A DNA stretch of 64,000 nt from Candidatus Oleimmundimicrobium sp. (GTDB lineage Bacteria; Actinomycetota; Aquicultoria; UBA3085; Oleimmundimicrobiaceae), in assembly GCF_030651595.1 (NCBI RefSeq), contig NZ_JAUSCH010000004.1, positions 9,380-73,379 of the forward strand, given 5' to 3'. The translations under genes were made by a program, and so were the position numbers. Below, in pieces: positions 50,100 through 59,664 of the stretch. The stretch's first letter is position 1, and every line of letters starts with the position of its first letter. The notes below the pieces were generated by a model. That model was not told where the DNA came from. It saw only the letters and a program-made list of their open reading frames with translations, and did not search any database.

Positions 50100-53000
50100 T
50101 TGTATCTTAAATCTCTTTCCATCAGGGGTTTTAAATCATTTGCCGATAAAACAACATTAAAATTTGAACCAGGAATTACAGTTATTGTTGGGCCAAATGG
50201 TAGCGGAAAAAGTAATATAAGTGATGCTATTTTATGGGTTTTAGGTGAGCAAAGCCCAAGGTCTTTACGTGGCGCTGCAATGGAAGATGTAATATTTACC
50301 GGGAGCTCGACACGTCCGCTACTTGGTATTGCAGAAGTTTCATTAACTCTTGATAACACAGATAAGCAGCTTCCAATTGAGTTTTCCGAGGTAACAATAA
50401 CACGCAGAATGTCACGTTCAGGAGAGAGTGATTATTTTATTAATGGTTCTATCTGCAGACTTCTCGATGTTCAAGATTTATTGTCCGATTCAGGTTTGGG
50501 AAGACAAACTTACTGTATTGTAAGCCAGGGGAAGATTGAAGAAATATTAAACAGTAAACCTGAGGAAAAAAGACTTTTGATAGAAGAGGTTGCAGGTGTT
50601 TTAAAACATAGAAAAAGAAAAGAAAGAGCTATACGAAAGCTTCAGGCGATGGACCAAAATCTTTTAAGAATTCGCGACGTGCTTCGAGAAGTTGAGCGGC
50701 AACTTCGGCCCCTTCAAAAACAAGCCTCTGAAGCAGAAAAGTTCTTAAAATTATCACACCAGCTAAAAGACCTGAATATTGCTTTAGCTGCTACAGAGCT
50801 TAAAAAATTTCAAGACGATTGGAAAAGCGTAGCCAATGAAGATAATTGTTTAAACAACGAACTGACTGCTTTACGGAAAAGATTAAAGGATAAAAAAGAA
50901 GAAATTAATAAAATTCAGTTAGATCTTGAAGAAAAAGGCGACTACGTAGGCGATATTGGCGAATACCGACACAGGCTAAAAGGGATTATTGAAAGACTTA
51001 ATACGGGGCTCTTGCTTTTGGAAGAGAAGGGTAAGCATCTTATTGAAAAAATGAGTGATATTAGAGGGCAAATTTACCAGGACGAGAGGCACAAAAACAA
51101 CAAGTCTAAAGAGTTGGATGAAGTTATCTCTAGAATAAGCGAGATTAAGAAAGATATTGATGACGTTAGTGGTAAAATTATTCAAATAAAAAAAAGCAAT
51201 GAGATATGGCAAAAAAATACAGAACAAACAGATAAAAAATTAATTGATTTTAAAAAGAAAAACGGTGAGAAAAATAAGCAGTTAGAAAGCAATGAGAAAG
51301 AAATCAAGGTTTTATCGGATTCACTTAACGCAAGTAAAATGGAAGACAAGTTTGTCATAGAAAAAGTAGCGGTTTTAGAAAACGAAAAGAACACTTTATT
51401 TAAGAGTTTGGAAAAAAAGGAAAAAGAAAAAGTTTCAATTGAATCTAAACTAACCGAATTAAATAATTTTCTTCATGAAACCGAAAACAGGGCTTCAAAT
51501 TGTTTAGTTAATTTAAATGACCTTGAATCTCAGCTTAAAGAAAGAGAAGGGGATATTTACAAGATAAAAACAAAAATTTCCGCCTTAGAGGAAGTTGAAA
51601 AAAAATTAATTGGCTACCCGGAAAGTGTAACCTGGCTAATTCTTGAAAAAGAGACTTCAGGTTTAAACGGAATAGTGGGGGACCTGCTTGATATCGATAA
51701 AAGATACGAAAAAGCAATTGAGTCAGCGTTAAGTGAAAACATGTATGGTGTAATTGCAAATGATATTAGCGTAGCCAAGGATGTTATTAATGTTTTAAAT
51801 CAGTCCGAGCAAGATATCGTTTCCATAATCCCTTTAAAAGGTTTTAAACGAGCCCCTGTGTCGCTGACTGGAGATTTTAAAGCAATTTCAGCGATGGATG
51901 TTGTTAAGTACCCAAAAAAGATAGAATCTGCGGTTCAAGCAATTTTAGGAAATGTGTTTATAGTTGACAATTTGGATATTGCAATAGATGCAGTCGAAAA
52001 ATACTCTAACAACTCTCTGTTTGTTACTTTGTCTGGTGAAGTTGTTTCCCCTAAAGGAATAATAAAAGGTGGGAATCCACCTCGCACAACCCCACTTTAC
52101 CGCAAAAGGATTTTAGCAGAATTAAAAAAAGACGAAAAAACTTTAGCAAACAGCTTAACGAAGATGAAGAAGAAAATACAACAGTCTCAATTAGACCTTG
52201 AATTGGCTGTTAATGAGAAAGGCAATCTCATAGAAGAGGTGCGGCTAGTAAAAGACAAAAGGCAAAATATGGTTAGCGATTTGTTGTATTTAAAAGAACT
52301 AATTACGAAGAAGACAAAAGAGATGGAAGATCTTTTATTTCAAAATGAGCAAGCGAAAAAGAAGATTTCTTTTGATATGAAAAAAATTGAGGTTTTGAAG
52401 GACAAAAATAAGTTGCTAAAGAAAGAAATTGCTGTTATTGAGTCCTCTATTAAAAAAGCAGAGGCCGATAAACAAAAGTACTTTGTTGAGAAAAATAAGC
52501 TTAGCAATGAACATGCAAGATTTAGAACTGAGAAAGAATCATTTTTAGAGCAGTTAACTTTTATTGAAAAACAATGCAAGGTTATTGTAGACGATATCAA
52601 TGAATTTAATCAAACTCTTGAATCAAAGAATAAAACCGTTAAAATTATGGAGAATCTAAGGGAGCGGATTCAACCTCTTCACGAACTGTTTGTAACTTTA
52701 TTTAACGAGGCTAAAAAATGGGATAAAAAACTTGAATCTCTTGTGCTTGACGAAAAAATGGATACTAAAAAATTACGTGAAAAATACAAGTTATTACAAA
52801 CTGAAGTTATTCCATTAAGCAATGAAATTGATATTACTCAAAACAGAATTAAAGAAATTGAGGTTGAATGTGCTGAACTTAAACTCAAAATTACCGGATC
52901 AACCGATAAGATTGTTAATGAATATAATATCTCGCTGAAAAAAGCCTTAAAAGCTTGCCGGGAGAATTTAAATAAAAAAGAATGTAAAGAAAAAATAGAA

Positions 53001-53645
53001 AAAATTGAAGCAAAACTGGCAAGTTTGGGACCGACAAACCAAATTGCCGTTAGAGAATACTCAGCGCTTGAGGATAGGCATAAGTTCTTAAAAGACCAAA
53101 TTTCTGACTTAAAAAAAAGTGGAAAAGCACTTGAAAGAGTAGTTAAAATAATTGAACAAAAAATGAAAGACAGATTTTTAGAAACCTTTAATGAGGTGAA
53201 TGACAGCTTTCAAAATATTTTTTCATATCTTTTTTCGGGAGGAAGAGCCAGGCTTTTATTGACTGATGAAGAAAATCATCTAACAACGGGTGTCGAAATT
53301 GAAGTGCATCCTATGGGCAAACATCTTCAAAGGATGACTCTTTTATCCGGAGGGGAAAAATCGCTAGTTGCATTAACGCTTCTATTCGCGATTTATCACA
53401 CGAAACCAAGTCCATTTTATCTGCTTGATGAAGTGGAGCCTGCTTTGGATGATGTCAATTTACAGCGTTTTATCGCTCTTCTTGATAAAGAGAAGAGCGA
53501 TACGCAATTTTTAATAATTACTCATCAAAGAAGAACCATGGAGGTAGCGGATTGTCTTTATGGTGTTACCATGCAGGCAGATGGTGTTTCAAAACTTGTT
53601 TCTCAAAAAATGAATGATTTTGAAAGAGAAAACAAAGTTAGTTAA
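50100..53645 (+). CDS. smc: chromosome segregation protein SMC
   Basis: N-terminal Walker A GPNGSGKSN, long coiled coils with hinge, C-terminal LSGGEKSL signature and Walker B; 1181 aa. Confidence 0.95.
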   Translation: MYLKSLSIRGFKSFADKTTLKFEPGITVIVGPNGSGKSNISDAILWVLGEQSPRSLRGAAMEDVIFTGSSTRPLLGIAEVSLTLDNTDKQLPIEFSEVTITRRMSRSGESDYFINGSICRLLDVQDLLSDSGLGRQTYCIVSQGKIEEILNSKPEEKRLLIEEVAGVLKHRKRKERAIRKLQAMDQNLLRIRDVLREVERQLRPLQKQASEAEKFLKLSHQLKDLNIALAATELKKFQDDWKSVANEDNCLNNELTALRKRLKDKKEEINKIQLDLEEKGDYVGDIGEYRHRLKGIIERLNTGLLLLEEKGKHLIEKMSDIRGQIYQDERHKNNKSKELDEVISRISEIKKDIDDVSGKIIQIKKSNEIWQKNTEQTDKKLIDFKKKNGEKNKQLESNEKEIKVLSDSLNASKMEDKFVIEKVAVLENEKNTLFKSLEKKEKEKVSIESKLTELNNFLHETENRASNCLVNLNDLESQLKEREGDIYKIKTKISALEEVEKKLIGYPESVTWLILEKETSGLNGIVGDLLDIDKRYEKAIESALSENMYGVIANDISVAKDVINVLNQSEQDIVSIIPLKGFKRAPVSLTGDFKAISAMDVVKYPKKIESAVQAILGNVFIVDNLDIAIDAVEKYSNNSLFVTLSGEVVSPKGIIKGGNPPRTTPLYRKRILAELKKDEKTLANSLTKMKKKIQQSQLDLELAVNEKGNLIEEVRLVKDKRQNMVSDLLYLKELITKKTKEMEDLLFQNEQAKKKISFDMKKIEVLKDKNKLLKKEIAVIESSIKKAEADKQKYFVEKNKLSNEHARFRTEKESFLEQLTFIEKQCKVIVDDINEFNQTLESKNKTVKIMENLRERIQPLHELFVTLFNEAKKWDKKLESLVLDEKMDTKKLREKYKLLQTEVIPLSNEIDITQNRIKEIEVECAELKLKITGSTDKIVNEYNISLKKALKACRENLNKKECKEKIEKIEAKLASLGPTNQIAVREYSALEDRHKFLKDQISDLKKSGKALERVVKIIEQKMKDRFLETFNEVNDSFQNIFSYLFSGGRARLLLTDEENHLTTGVEIEVHPMGKHLQRMTLLSGGEKSLVALTLLFAIYHTKPSPFYLLDEVEPALDDVNLQRFIALLDKEKSDTQFLIITHQRRTMEVADCLYGVTMQADGVSKLVSQKMNDFERENKVS

Positions 53646-53661
53646 AGGATGGGAGAATTAA

Positions 53662-54561
53662 GTGTTCAACAAATTAAAAAACGGCTTAAAAAAGAGCAGA
53701 GAGGGCTTGCTGGGACAATTTACCGGCCTGTTTAGCCGGGCTTCAATTGATGAGAATTTTTGGGAAAATATAGAGGAAGCACTAATCCGAGCCGATATAG
53801 GAATCGGAGCAACTACAAAAATTCTAAATGAACTAAAAAATCAGGCTAAAAAACTAAATATAAAAAACCCGGAAGAATTGAAGGACTTATTTAAAAGAGA
53901 AATAGTAAAAATTTTAACTGTAAAGAATGATGGTGTTATAAATAAAGGCTCTTTAAATATTTTGCTCCTTGTTGGGGTAAATGGGGTTGGAAAAACCACC
54001 ACCTTGGCTAAGATGGCAAACAAATTTATTAATTCCGGAGATAAAGTAATTTTTGCCGCAGCTGATACTTTTAGAGCAGCTGCAATTGAGCAGCTGCAAG
54101 AATGGGGAACACGATTGGGCGTAGACGTTATTAAGCACCAAAGAGGCGGCGATCCGGCGGCAGTTGTGTTCGATGCAATAAGTGCGGCGCGGGCCAGGGA
54201 AGCCGATATTGTTTTAGTTGATACAGCTGGAAGATTACATACTAACATTAACTTAATGGAAGAGTTAAAAAAGATAAAAAAAGTTACCTTGAGAGAGGCT
54301 TCTGATGGCACAGTTAAGACAGTTTTAGTTATGGATGCTACAACTGGCCAGAATGGAATCTCGCAAGCTAAACTTTTTAATGATGCTCTTGACCTTGATG
54401 CCATAATATTGACAAAGTTGGATGGTACCGCTAAAGGTGGTATAGTTGTAGCTATAGAAGAGGAACTTAATATTCCAATTTGGTTTATAGGGGTGGGAGA
54501 AAAACCTGAAGATTTGCAAGATTTTAATCCTCAAGAGTTTGTAGATGCCTTCTTTGAATAA
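53662..54561 (+). CDS. ftsY: signal recognition particle receptor FtsY
   Basis: SRP GTPase NG domain motifs GVNGVGKTT, DTAGR, TKLDG. Confidence 0.95.
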   Translation: MFNKLKNGLKKSREGLLGQFTGLFSRASIDENFWENIEEALIRADIGIGATTKILNELKNQAKKLNIKNPEELKDLFKREIVKILTVKNDGVINKGSLNILLLVGVNGVGKTTTLAKMANKFINSGDKVIFAAADTFRAAAIEQLQEWGTRLGVDVIKHQRGGDPAAVVFDAISAARAREADIVLVDTAGRLHTNINLMEELKKIKKVTLREASDGTVKTVLVMDATTGQNGISQAKLFNDALDLDAIILTKLDGTAKGGIVVAIEEELNIPIWFIGVGEKPEDLQDFNPQEFVDAFFE

Positions 54562-54643
54562 ATAATTTTGTTTGACAGACACCTTATCCTTTTGTAATAT
54601 TTCAAGTTTGATAGCCAGGTAATTTTAATTTTTAGGAGAGTTA

Positions 54644-55987
54644 ATGTTTGAAAGTTTATCCGCGAAATTGCAGAACATATTTTATAAATTAAAAACACAT
54701 GGACGGCTTAATGAAAAACAAGTTGAAGAAGCTTTAAGAGAGATTAAGCTTGCTCTTTTGGAAGCAGATGTAAACTTTAAAGTCGTTAAAGACCTAATTG
54801 CAAAAATTAAAGAACGAGCTGTTGGGACTGAGGTTATGAAGAGTTTAGCTCCCGGCCAACAAGTTATTAAAATTGTTAATGAGGAGTTAACGGAGTTAAT
54901 GGGTGGAGTACCTAGCAAAATTACTTTTGCCTCAAAATCGCCCACGATATATATGCTGGTTGGGCTTCAGGGTTCTGGAAAAACTACTTCGGCTGCAAAA
55001 TTAGCCAGTTATTTAAAGAATATGGGTAAAATCCCCTTTCTTGTGGCTGCCGACATTTATCGTCCTGCGGCCATTGACCAATTAGAGAGTTTAAGCAAAG
55101 AACTGGGTGTTTTGGTTTATTCTGATAAAAAAAGTCGTAAATGTGAGGAAATTGCTCGTTCCGGTATAAAACAGGGAATTGCTCAGGGCAGTGATGTAAT
55201 CATAATTGATACGGCCGGAAGACTTCACATTGATGATGGAATGATGGAAGAATTAAAAACCGTAAAAAAGACAGTGCGTCCACATCAAATATTGCTTGTT
55301 GTTGATGCTATGACAGGCCAAGATGCTGTAAATATTGCCGTATCTTTTCAAGAAAAGATAGATTTTGACGGATTAATTTTAACAAAACTTGACGGCGATG
55401 CCCGAGGTGGAGCAGCCCTTTCCATAAGAGCGGTAACGGGCAAGCCTATAAAATTTGTAAGTTTAGGAGAAAAACTTGATAGTCTTCAAACTTTTTATCC
55501 TGATAGAATGGCAAGCAGGATTTTAGGCATGGGCGACGTTCTTACTTTAATTGAAAAGGCGGAGACGACTTTTAATGAGGAAGAGGCCGCATCCCTAGCT
55601 GAAAAAATTCGAAAACAGGAATTTACCTTGGACGATTTTTTATCTCAAATACAGCAAATTAAAAACATGGGCTCTTTTGACCAAGTTTTGAGTATGTTGC
55701 CAAAATCTCCGGGATTGCCCAAGAATGCACTTAGTGGGCTTAATGAGAAGCAAATTAAGAAAGTAGAAGCAATAATAAAATCAATGACTTTAGATGAGCG
55801 AAGAAATCCAAAAATAATGAGTGGAAGCAGGCGGTTGAGAGTTGCCAATGGAAGCGGGACAAACACTAGAGAAGTGAATCGATTATTAAAACAGTTCAAC
55901 GAAACAAAAAAAATGATGAAACAATTTAGTAATTTTGGTTCTCGTGCTAAAATTGGTAAAAAAATATTGCCCTTTTTCAATGTTTAA
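54644..55987 (+). CDS. ffh: signal recognition particle protein Ffh
   Basis: NG domain (GLQGSGKTT, DTAGR, TKLDGD) plus methionine-rich M domain. Confidence 0.95.
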   Translation: MFESLSAKLQNIFYKLKTHGRLNEKQVEEALREIKLALLEADVNFKVVKDLIAKIKERAVGTEVMKSLAPGQQVIKIVNEELTELMGGVPSKITFASKSPTIYMLVGLQGSGKTTSAAKLASYLKNMGKIPFLVAADIYRPAAIDQLESLSKELGVLVYSDKKSRKCEEIARSGIKQGIAQGSDVIIIDTAGRLHIDDGMMEELKTVKKTVRPHQILLVVDAMTGQDAVNIAVSFQEKIDFDGLILTKLDGDARGGAALSIRAVTGKPIKFVSLGEKLDSLQTFYPDRMASRILGMGDVLTLIEKAETTFNEEEAASLAEKIRKQEFTLDDFLSQIQQIKNMGSFDQVLSMLPKSPGLPKNALSGLNEKQIKKVEAIIKSMTLDERRNPKIMSGSRRLRVANGSGTNTREVNRLLKQFNETKKMMKQFSNFGSRAKIGKKILPFFNV

Positions 55988-56001
55988 AAGGAGGTGAAGA
56001 T

Positions 56002-56271
56002 TTGTCAGTTAAACTAAGACTAACTAGAGCAGGAAGCAAAAAAAAGCCCTTTTATAGAATTGTAGCAGCTGATTCCAGAATGCCACGAGATGGCAGATTT
56101 ATTGAAATCGTTGGTCGTTATAATCCTAGAAACGAGCCATCTTTAATAGAGTTAAATAAAGATAAGGCGTTGAAATGGCTTTCTCAAGGCGCGCAACCTA
56201 CCAATACAGTCGAAAAACTTTTGAATATTACGGGGATTCGCGAGGAATTCGAAAACAGTAAGTCCAAGTAG
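56002..56271 (+). CDS. rpsP: 30S ribosomal protein S16
   Basis: MSVKLRLTRAGSKKKPFYRIV pattern; TTG after AGGAGGTG. Confidence 0.9.
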   Translation: MSVKLRLTRAGSKKKPFYRIVAADSRMPRDGRFIEIVGRYNPRNEPSLIELNKDKALKWLSQGAQPTNTVEKLLNITGIREEFENSKSK

Positions 56272-56279
56272 GGGGTATT

Positions 56280-56513
56280 GTGATGAAAGAATTGTTAGAG
56301 ATTCTTGCTAAAGCTCTTGTTGATAAACCGGAAGAAGTAAAAGTAAGCCAAATAGAAGGTGAAAAATCTGTGATATTACAGTTACGGGTTGCTCCTGATG
56401 ATATAGGCAAGGTTATCGGAAAAGAAGGGCGAATTGCTAAAGCGTTGAGAACGGTAATTAAGGCGTCTGCAACAAAAGAAGGCAAGAAAGCAATGGTTGA
56501 GATATTAGATTAG
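56280..56513 (+). CDS. KH domain RNA-binding protein (YlqC/UPF0109)
   Basis: GKVIGKEGRIAKALRTV KH motif; conserved position between rpsP and rimM. Confidence 0.75.
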   Translation: MMKELLEILAKALVDKPEEVKVSQIEGEKSVILQLRVAPDDIGKVIGKEGRIAKALRTVIKASATKEGKKAMVEILD

Positions 56514-56542
56514 GAAAACGAATTTTTGGTTAAGGGGAGCCA

Positions 56543-57055
56543 TTGAAACCAACCTTTTTAACAATTGGCAAAATTGTTGGGGCGCATGGGTTAAGAGGCG
56601 AAGTAAAAATTTTAAGTCTTACAGATTTTCCTGCTCGTTTTAAAGCAGGTTTATCAGTTTATATTTATCCACCGTCACCTGAAATCGACAAGTTAAAAAT
56701 CGAATGGACCAAAGGGACCTCTAAAAATATTATCCTTAAATTTAATGGGGTAGATAATCGTAAAGACGCGGAGAAGCTTAAAGGGTTATTGCTCCAAGTT
56801 TTAGAGGAAAATGCGTGCTCTCTTCCAAAAGGGACATATTGGCAACATGAAATAATCGGACTAAAGGTTATAACTTTAAATAAGAAATTTATTGGTTATA
56901 TAACCGAAATAATAAAAACCGGCAGCAATGATGTTTATGTTGTCAAATTTAAAGGCAAAGAAAAATTTATTCCTGCCATTAAAGATGTTGTCAAGGAGAT
57001 CGATTTAAAGAATAAGCGAATGGTGATAGAGCCGTTAGAAGGCTTATTGGAGTGA
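56543..57055 (+). CDS. rimM: ribosome maturation factor RimM
   Basis: N-terminus LTIGKIVGAHGLRGEVKI and C-terminal PRC barrel. Confidence 0.9.
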   Translation: MKPTFLTIGKIVGAHGLRGEVKILSLTDFPARFKAGLSVYIYPPSPEIDKLKIEWTKGTSKNIILKFNGVDNRKDAEKLKGLLLQVLEENACSLPKGTYWQHEIIGLKVITLNKKFIGYITEIIKTGSNDVYVVKFKGKEKFIPAIKDVVKEIDLKNKRMVIEPLEGLLE

Positions 57056-57061
57056 CTGAAA

Positions 57062-57811
57062 TTGCAAATTGATATAATCACCATCTTTCCTGAAATTTTT
57101 AACTGTGCATTGAGTGCCGGAATTATCCCAATAGCTCTTAAAAAAAATATTTTAAAAGTTAACGTTCATAATCTCCGCGATTTTACACATGACAAACACA
57201 AACAGGTTGATGATGTGCCATACGGCGGTGGTCCTGGGATGGTTATGAAACCAGAGGCCTTTTTCGAGGCCGTTCAAGCAATTGCAGGGTGCAATTTAAA
57301 CGATTTAAAGAGATTTTGCAGAGTTATTTTATTTACCCCACAGGGCGTAACCTTAAAACAAAAGAAAATTGTGGAATTTTCCAAAGAGAAAAGGTTGATT
57401 TTGCTTTGTCCTCGTTATGAGGGGATAGATGAGCGTGTGCGGGAGAATTTAGTAACCGATGAAGTTTCAATAGGCGATTTTATAGTTTCCGGTGGTGAAT
57501 TACCTGCAATGATTTTTATGGACGCGGTGACTCGTTTGTTGCCGGGTGTTTTGGGAAGCGAGATGTCACTTAAAGAAGAGTCTTTTACCGATGGACTATT
57601 GGAATATCCCCAGTACACTCGCCCAAATAACTTTATGGGACTTAATGTCCCACAAATTTTATTGAGCGGCAATCATGCAGAGATTGCTAAATGGCGAAGG
57701 AAAAAATCATTGGAAAGAACACTAAAGAAACGTTCAGATCTTTTGGAAAAAGTGGTTTTAACTGAAGATGATAAAAAATTGTTAAGTGAGATAAAGAAAG
57801 AAAACTTATAA
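57062..57811 (+). CDS. trmD: tRNA (guanine37-N1)-methyltransferase
   Basis: TrmD SPOUT pattern (IDIITIFPE..., ...YEGIDERV...). Confidence 0.95.
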   Translation: MQIDIITIFPEIFNCALSAGIIPIALKKNILKVNVHNLRDFTHDKHKQVDDVPYGGGPGMVMKPEAFFEAVQAIAGCNLNDLKRFCRVILFTPQGVTLKQKKIVEFSKEKRLILLCPRYEGIDERVRENLVTDEVSIGDFIVSGGELPAMIFMDAVTRLLPGVLGSEMSLKEESFTDGLLEYPQYTRPNNFMGLNVPQILLSGNHAEIAKWRRKKSLERTLKKRSDLLEKVVLTEDDKKLLSEIKKENL

Positions 57812-57815
57812 AATG

Positions 57816-57846
57816 TTGACATGAAAACCAACGGTTGTGTTATAAT
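57816..57846 (+). promoter_or_regulatory. putative promoter TTGACA-(19)-TGtTATAAT (extended -10) for rplS
   Basis: Hexamers read from sequence ~30 nt upstream of the GAGGAGG RBS of rplS; spacer slightly long. Confidence 0.4.
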
Positions 57847-57874
57847 TTTTTTTTATGATTTTGAGGAGGTAGAA

Positions 57875-58222
57875 ATGGCGAACATAATTGAATCTTTAGA
57901 GAATGAACAAATGCGTACTGATTTGCCAAATGTTCGAGTTGGTGACACAGTTAATGTTCACGTTAAAATAGCTGAGGGCGGGAAAGAAAGAATCCAGGTT
58001 TTTAAAGGGATAGTAATTCGTAAGCAAAAAGGCAAATCTAGAGAAACCTTTACAGTGAGAAAAATTTCTTTTGGCGTAGGGGTGGAAAAAACATTTCCTG
58101 TTCACTCTCCAAAAATTGTAAAAATTGAATCGTTAAGCAAAGGGCACGTTCGTCGCTCCAAATTGTATTATTTGCGAAACAGGATAGGTAAGCGTGCTAG
58201 ATTAAAAGAAAAAAGAATGTAA
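57875..58222 (+). CDS. rplS: 50S ribosomal protein L19
   Basis: ATG 57875 after GAGGAGG (ORF track begins at 57821); the [28 protein letters not shown]19 signature. Confidence 0.9.
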   Translation: MANIIESLENEQMRTDLPNVRVGDTVNVHVKIAEGGKERIQVFKGIVIRKQKGKSRETFTVRKISFGVGVEKTFPVHSPKIVKIESLSKGHVRRSKLYYLRNRIGKRARLKEKRM

Positions 58223-58264
58223 TTTGTAAGTCAGAATAGACGTTTAAAAACGAATAGATGTTTA

Positions 58265-58312
58265 AAAAGAACTCGAAATTAGCCAAATTAGGTAGAGTTC
58301 TTTTTTATTTTT
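58265..58312 (+). terminator. intrinsic terminator after rplS
   Basis: AAAAGAACTC-(20 nt loop)-GAGTTCTTTT followed by a T-run, 43 nt after the stop. Confidence 0.55.
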
Positions 58313-58575
58313 AGTTAAAGTTTTTTCATAAGTTATAATGTTGAATTTTTATAGACAATGAGCCAATTAGAAAAACTTATGATTTAAAGAAGAGAACATG
58401 AGTAATTATAGTTTCGTTAAAAATGAGAGTATTTTGGGAAGCGCGTTTGTTATTTATTGACCATTTTATACGGTAAATTTGATATATTAATATTGCATCG
58501 ATTTTCAGAAGGACGTTTTTGATATATATCGAATTATCATAATTAATAAGGGAACAAAAGTAATAACCAAAAGAG

Positions 58576-59250
58576 ATGGACAATTCTCAATTTAGCAACT
58601 ACGAAACGGACAGAGGAATGCCTGAAAACTTTAACGAACTTTTCAAATTCGAAAAACAATTACAGAAAGAAGAATTTTCACTAATAGCTGGTGCGGACGA
58701 AGTAGGCCGGGGTTGTATGGCCGGGCCATTGGTGGCCGCAGCAGTTATCCTACCCAAGGACGTTTATATTCCAAATCTTAAAGAGAGCAAACAACTTTCT
58801 CATAAGAAAAGAGTGCTCTTTTTTAATGAGATTAAAAAAATTGCAATTGCTACAAGTATAATCATTGTTCAACCAGAAGAAATAGATAGATTCGGTGTTC
58901 ATAAAGCGAACTTAAAAGCTCTCGGACAAGCTATTTTAAGTTTAAATCCGGAGCCCGAGTATTCGTTAATTGACGGTTTTTCACCTCTTGGTTTAAACGG
59001 TTCTTTTCTTGTACTTAAAAAAGGGGATGAAAGAAGTATTTCAATTGCGGCTGCTTCAATTATTGCAAAAGTTACAAGAGACGAGCTCATGTGTGAGTAT
59101 CATGAAAAGTATCCAAACTACGGATTTGATCGGCATAAAGGTTATTGCACCAAAGAACACTTAAACGCCATAATGAATTATGGGCTTTGCGATATACATC
59201 GAAAATCTTTTGCTCCTGTTCGGAGAGTTATCCTTCAACGCAGAGCATAA
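58576..59250 (+). CDS. rnhB: ribonuclease HII
   Basis: AGADEVGRGCMAGPLVAAAVIL catalytic motif. Confidence 0.9.
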   Translation: MDNSQFSNYETDRGMPENFNELFKFEKQLQKEEFSLIAGADEVGRGCMAGPLVAAAVILPKDVYIPNLKESKQLSHKKRVLFFNEIKKIAIATSIIIVQPEEIDRFGVHKANLKALGQAILSLNPEPEYSLIDGFSPLGLNGSFLVLKKGDERSISIAAASIIAKVTRDELMCEYHEKYPNYGFDRHKGYCTKEHLNAIMNYGLCDIHRKSFAPVRRVILQRRA

Positions 59251-59305
59251 GGGTATTACGGGTTTGCCTGTGGGACTCCATAAACAAATTTCAAAAGGAG
59301 GATTT

Positions 59306-59650
59306 TTGAGCTTTCTGGGCAATAAAGGGGAAAAATTGGCTTGCCGGTATCTTAAGCGTAAAGGATATAATATCTTACAATGCAACTATCGCTGCAAAAT
59401 TGGCGAGATAGATATAATTGCTCAAAAGAACGAGTATTTAATCTTTATCGAAGTTAAGACGCGTTCAAGCCGAGAATTTGGTGAACCTTTTGAGGCGGTA
59501 ACAATTTACAAGCAAGAACGTTTGCGGCGTCTTGCTGAAAGCTATATAGTCAATAATCAAGATGATAAATTAAACTATCGTTTTGATGTAATTTCTATCC
59601 TTTTTGAAGACAAGAAACCTGCAATTGAACATATTGAAAATGCATTTTAA
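59306..59650 (+). CDS. yraN: YraN family (UPF0102) endonuclease-like protein
   Basis: GEKLACRYLKRKGYNIL...IGEIDIIAQ...LIFIEVKTR pattern; TTG 59306 after AAGGAGG (ORF track 59180 overlaps rnhB). Confidence 0.75.
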   Translation: MSFLGNKGEKLACRYLKRKGYNILQCNYRCKIGEIDIIAQKNEYLIFIEVKTRSSREFGEPFEAVTIYKQERLRRLAESYIVNNQDDKLNYRFDVISILFEDKKPAIEHIENAF

Positions 59651-59664
59651 GGAGAGGGGCAACA

